Shown here in pieces: positions 59,949-64,000 of a DNA stretch of 64,000 bases. A program made the position numbers and the translations under genes. Below the pieces are notes generated by a model, which was given only the letters and a program-made list of their open reading frames with translations, was not told where the DNA came from and did not search any database. Source of the DNA: Halocafeteria seosinensis. Taxonomy: Eukaryota. The first letter of the stretch is position 1, and every line of letters begins with the position of its first letter. The stretch spans positions 62,001 to 126,000 of the forward strand of contig LVLI01000194.1 in the NCBI GenBank assembly GCA_001687465.1. Reading direction: 5' to 3'.

Positions 59949-61645
59949 ATGACGCTACATGGGCAAGACAACCGATACAATGGAACCACCCAGGTAAGTA
60001 GATGTTGCGATTTTTCAAGGCATGTAAAGGCACTTGTACTAAAAGACAAAATGTCAACGCGCCAAAACCGAAACCAACGACTCTCGTGAATCCTTACTCC
60101 GCCTACATTCAGGAGCCTATCAATCTCCAGCAAGGAAGCCAATCAGGCCGCAAACCACGGGCAAGAAAGTGAAAGCAGACCCAGCATTGGATGGCCACAG
60201 TTTGAGGCAGATTGCGGCGGCTGTTCAAGGTTAGTCCTTCGACAGCCATTGACGTGGCTTGTCTACGAACTATTTGCCAACTGCGCAATACAGGTCTTCC
60301 CATTTCTTTCGGCAGTCAGAAGAAAGTTGTACCAGATCGAGACGCACGGCGTTCACTTTCGCGTTTTGATCTTACAGTCAGAAGAAGGAGCATCAACCGA
60401 GATTTTTCAAATGGCAACCCACTAGAAGTACCCTCACACCTGTTGGTACAAACCCTGACAAAGTCTAGCGGATCCACAACTTACAGGAAACGACAGAACA
60501 CTGGCACTCGAATGCTCAAGCATCCTACTGACACTGTGTCTCATGCGTCAACAAGGTCGTCAAAACCGGGAAACTTCGAGAACACAACTTTAGACAGAGT
60601 TACCCGTAACTGCACTATTCGACAACCCACAGAAGTAACAAGCCATGTGCTTGGAGCTCAAAGAAGACGTAGCGTGGAGCAATGGTCCGACGAAGTAAGC
60701 CATATGGATAACGATGCCATAGCAGATTACCTTGCCAACTATAAATCGTTTAAATTAGCACTAGATGATGTACTCAAAAAAGGCTCTTCAAAGAAACTCA
60801 GTTCAGAGGCACTGGACCCCACAGTCAGGGAGGTTGCAACATGGCTAGCTCGCAAATGGAGAGCGAGTCGTGCCAAATTTTCTCTACCAGAAAGCTGGGA
60901 GGAATATATGGGAGAGACGGAAGCTCTTAATGCGCACATCCCAGTTCCGAGCCGCCAACACGATTATCGTTTGGCGGACAATGCAGCCGATGGGGCCACT
61001 CCCACCGGCAACGAGCAATTAGAGGGCATACAAGATCCAGAAGCAAAGAGAATAATCGAGAAAGCAGAAAGCGCAATTCGAAAATTAAGCTATCCGGAAA
61101 CTCTGTATGATGCCACTCGAGTAGCAACAGCTCGAAGACATAGAGAGATAACCAGTCGCCGGCCAACGCATGTTGAAAAGGAGAAGGTAGATCGCCAGCA
61201 GTTGCCGACAAACCATGACGCCAGCCACCAACGGCAACTATCCCAGAAAGAACGATTTCCAAGTCCTTCGGGTGCGGACGGAAAAGAGGATAGCTTAGTT
61301 ACCAAGAAGAACAACGAGGGATCTTCCATGACCGAAGGGCATGAGCATCCCCAAGAGCGCCGTACAGGCCCAGATTTGCCGGCCGCTAAAGAAAACGCCA
61401 TTGAGAGCCACAGGCGAACAGCAAGTAGAATGAGCGCCATTGAAGACATGCTCACGGCTCCAGAGTCACAGCATGAGGAATCAGACGATGAGACAGCGGC
61501 AATGACGAAGAAATACAGCTTCACGCGCCTGAAACAACAGGTAGTATCTCCGCAGGTACATCCTCAGCGCGGAAGGAGAAATAGCACGGAAGTGCTTCAA
61601 AAGGCGCTAAAATCGTTGGAAAACCCGCATGATGCAACGTTTTAG
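59949..61645 (+). CDS. Hypothetical protein, largely disordered
   Basis: 477-codon ORF at 60212-61645 plus two upstream in-frame exons (donors at about 59994 and 60230). Start uncertain. Confidence 0.65.
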
Positions 61646-61669
61646 AGGTCTTCGGGTCCTCACACGTGT

Positions 61670-64000
61670 CTACCACTCTGGCTTCGCCTTTTTCATCGGT
61701 TGATCTTCTGTCCCGTAAGACTCGCGGTTTCTTTTGCATGCGGTACCTTGGGATCGTGGGGTGTTTCCTTGTGCTATAAGCTTCTGGCGCACCTCCGACG
61801 GTGTGTCGTTAGGGAAGGCTCGAGCGTAAAGCACTTCCCTCATCAGGTCCGTATCCATTCTGAGAAAGGAATCGGTTCGACTCACCGACTCAAAGTGATC
61901 CAAGATAAATCGAACGCAGAGGGTTCTCAGGGGCTCTGCGTATTTTTCAGCCGCTTCGCTTAACAGGCTTGCGGCGTTATTTATCGAAAGCATAGAAACT
62001 AAGTAATTTTGACAAATCTGCGATAGCCGTGAGACTCCAAACTTCTCCGCCTCTTGTAATAATTTCAGTACGTCTTCTTCTGACACCTTGCCAGGCAACC
62101 TGTCAGTGTACCAGTAGCAGGAAAGCTGAACGAACGTTGGAAACGGCATGTCAAGCGTCACAGATTTCGCTTTGGTTGAAGTAGATGTTCCTTCTACGTC
62201 GCCGTGGGAACCCATGGATTCATACTTCCTTATTTCAGTAGTGCTGCTACTTGAATATATCGTCGATTCTTGCATACCCGAGTCAAGCATGGCTTTGAAG
62301 TAGTTGCTACGATGATACAGTATATCCCGATGTAGCCAAAATGAGCGCTGAGACTGTGCCTCAGAGACCGTCACCAAAAAATCGCCGCTTCCTTCCACAT
62401 TCGCTTCCTCTGGACCTTGCTGAGAGTCCCCAGATGGTTGATAATCAGCAAAGAGGGTTGAAGGCGGGGTACTCACTGAAGACTTCCGTGAGCCAACTTG
62501 TTGCGCCAATTTTTTACGGTCGCCATACAGCGTGTGGTCGCGAAGAAACCGCTCGCCCCTCCAAACCAATTCTTCTGAATTTGATGGCTCGGCATGCATT
62601 TGGGACCAAATCTCGTTTAACACTGACGGAGGTAACATAGATAACATGTCCTGCGCAATACTTATACACCAAATATAATCTGAACATTGGAGGGATATAA
62701 GGGGTACACGAGGCGTCTACGGACTTACTGCAGTCATCGTAGAAGGTGAGGGGTCGACAGCCGCGACACTAGTCGACGCTGTTGACTGAAGAGGTTTCAG
62801 ATCCAGTATATGGAGGTCATTCAGCCACTGGCGGGACTCATGACCTCCAAAGATGATTAGCCATGAGCCAACTACAGCGCTTCCATGAGTTTTTCGAGGA
62901 GTGGGAGGTAGGCCAGAACACCCCATCAGCCGCCATTCCCATGTTGCTGCGGAAAGTATGCGAATCATTGGACGACAGTCCCAGGGTTGTCCCAAAGTCA
63001 ACGTACCGAGATCGAAGAATAGAACGTCATTGAAGCGACCACCTCTATATCTCCCACCAAAGAGTATAACCCATTGATTCCATACGTTCAGCGAATGCCC
63101 TGATCGGCCTTCGGGCCAAAGGCTGCTGCTCGTCTTGGGTTTTATGGGTTTCCAAAAGTAGCGCACACTTCCATCCTGGTTGGGAACAGCGCGAAACATC
63201 CAAAAGTCATCTATAAACTCTCGGCCGTTAAATCCACCGAAGAGAATCATGGTTGTACTCTGTAAAGCAGGAAAGCGGCTCATTAAGACGGAACGATGCC
63301 TCGTTAATCTTCCAGAACAATACACTCACGGAAAGAGCACAAGCACTCGCACTCGCTCTAGCTTCTGGAATATCTGCATCGTCAGTAACTATTTTTTTCC
63401 ATCGATTGAGATCTGGACACTCCAGTTGAAACTGATAGTACAAATGCGTTCCTTATGTTTTCGTGAGTAGCAGGCTGGCGACTTACCCGTGTTGAATTCC
63501 CATGTGTCATTCAGCCATCTTTCTCCATCGTATCCTCCAAATATATAAATACAATTGTTGAGGGAGGTGGAAACGTGAAAGTGTCTGCCCGTCGGTTTGT
63601 CACCATATGGGACTATGTCTTCCCAAAGATTGAGCTCTGCAAAAGTCCCTGGTCTGCCCCTATTAGCAGCTAGATCCTATGTCATTGCTGACCAAGAGAC
63701 ATACCTGCATCGTACCTCTTCAGATCAGAGAGCTCGCTGTTACCACCCCACCCACCAAACAGATAGATGTAGCGGTCCTTGAATGTCGTGCAGCTATGGG
63801 CACTCCGTGGAGCGGGAGGCGAAGAACTGAGCATCACGTAATTTCTTTGTGGCTGTCTTTCGGAGACAGCCATCTCGGTGGCCGAGAAGGCCACTAGTTC
63901 CGATTGCAATGCCGTGGTAGCAGTTGCTGGCGACTCCGTATTCTGTGCCTGCGGGTCGGACGGCGTACTCGTATTCGCAGGTTGATTCTCGAGTTTGCTC
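61670..64000 (-). CDS. Kelch-repeat plus BTB/POZ protein (LZTR1-like Cullin3 adaptor); 5' end beyond the window
   Basis: Kelch repeats (PRSAHS...IYLFGGW, GRHFH...IFGGYDG, GRSGHS...ILFGGR, PRKTHG...IFGGH) and BTB (FWLHRDILYHRSNYFKAMLDSGMQES, YWYTD, LLQEAEKFGVSRL). Confidence 0.9.

Noticed and set aside
1..63909. Functional clustering of proteostasis genes (RPT5, USP48, ATG7, Kelch-BTB)
   Set aside because: These are abundant gene classes interspersed with unrelated genes, and nothing in the sequence indicates co-regulation.
1..64000. Prokaryotic defence systems, CRISPR arrays, operons or transposases
   Set aside because: The window is intron-containing eukaryotic DNA. I saw no regularly spaced repeats and no transposase, reverse transcriptase or integrase motifs.

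Overview
Gene-dense eukaryotic (protist) DNA with short GT-AG spliceosomal introns (mostly about 55-120 nt). The HRDLSLEN kinases and the secreted-protein style suggest a stramenopile/SAR lineage, but that is inference only. About 24 genes can be reconstructed. In order: RPT5, USP48-like DUB, class II CPD photolyase, a tandem kinase pair (one copy a clear pseudogene), ATG7, two hypotheticals, PIG-S-like, three tandem secreted Cys-rich paralogues, a TPR-like protein, a START-domain protein, PTGES2-like, PIG-O, an intronless bacterial-style cupin, N6AMT1/HemK2 (7 exons, largely missed by the ORF track), an intronless LRR protein, a very large Cabin1/HIR3-like protein, a TMX-type thioredoxin, an RCC1-repeat protein, a 2xRRM protein, a hypothetical, and a Kelch-BTB protein running off the end. 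I could not support any rRNA, tRNA, snRNA, CRISPR array or transposase. The best novelty candidates are the secreted C-x2-[YF]K-x3-P-x-P-x5-C family, a START protein with death-domain-like modules and the cupin as a horizontal-transfer candidate. Convergent genes are also packed extremely tightly, including two stop codons overlapping inside a 14-bp palindrome. All family calls come from motif recognition by eye; no searches were run.
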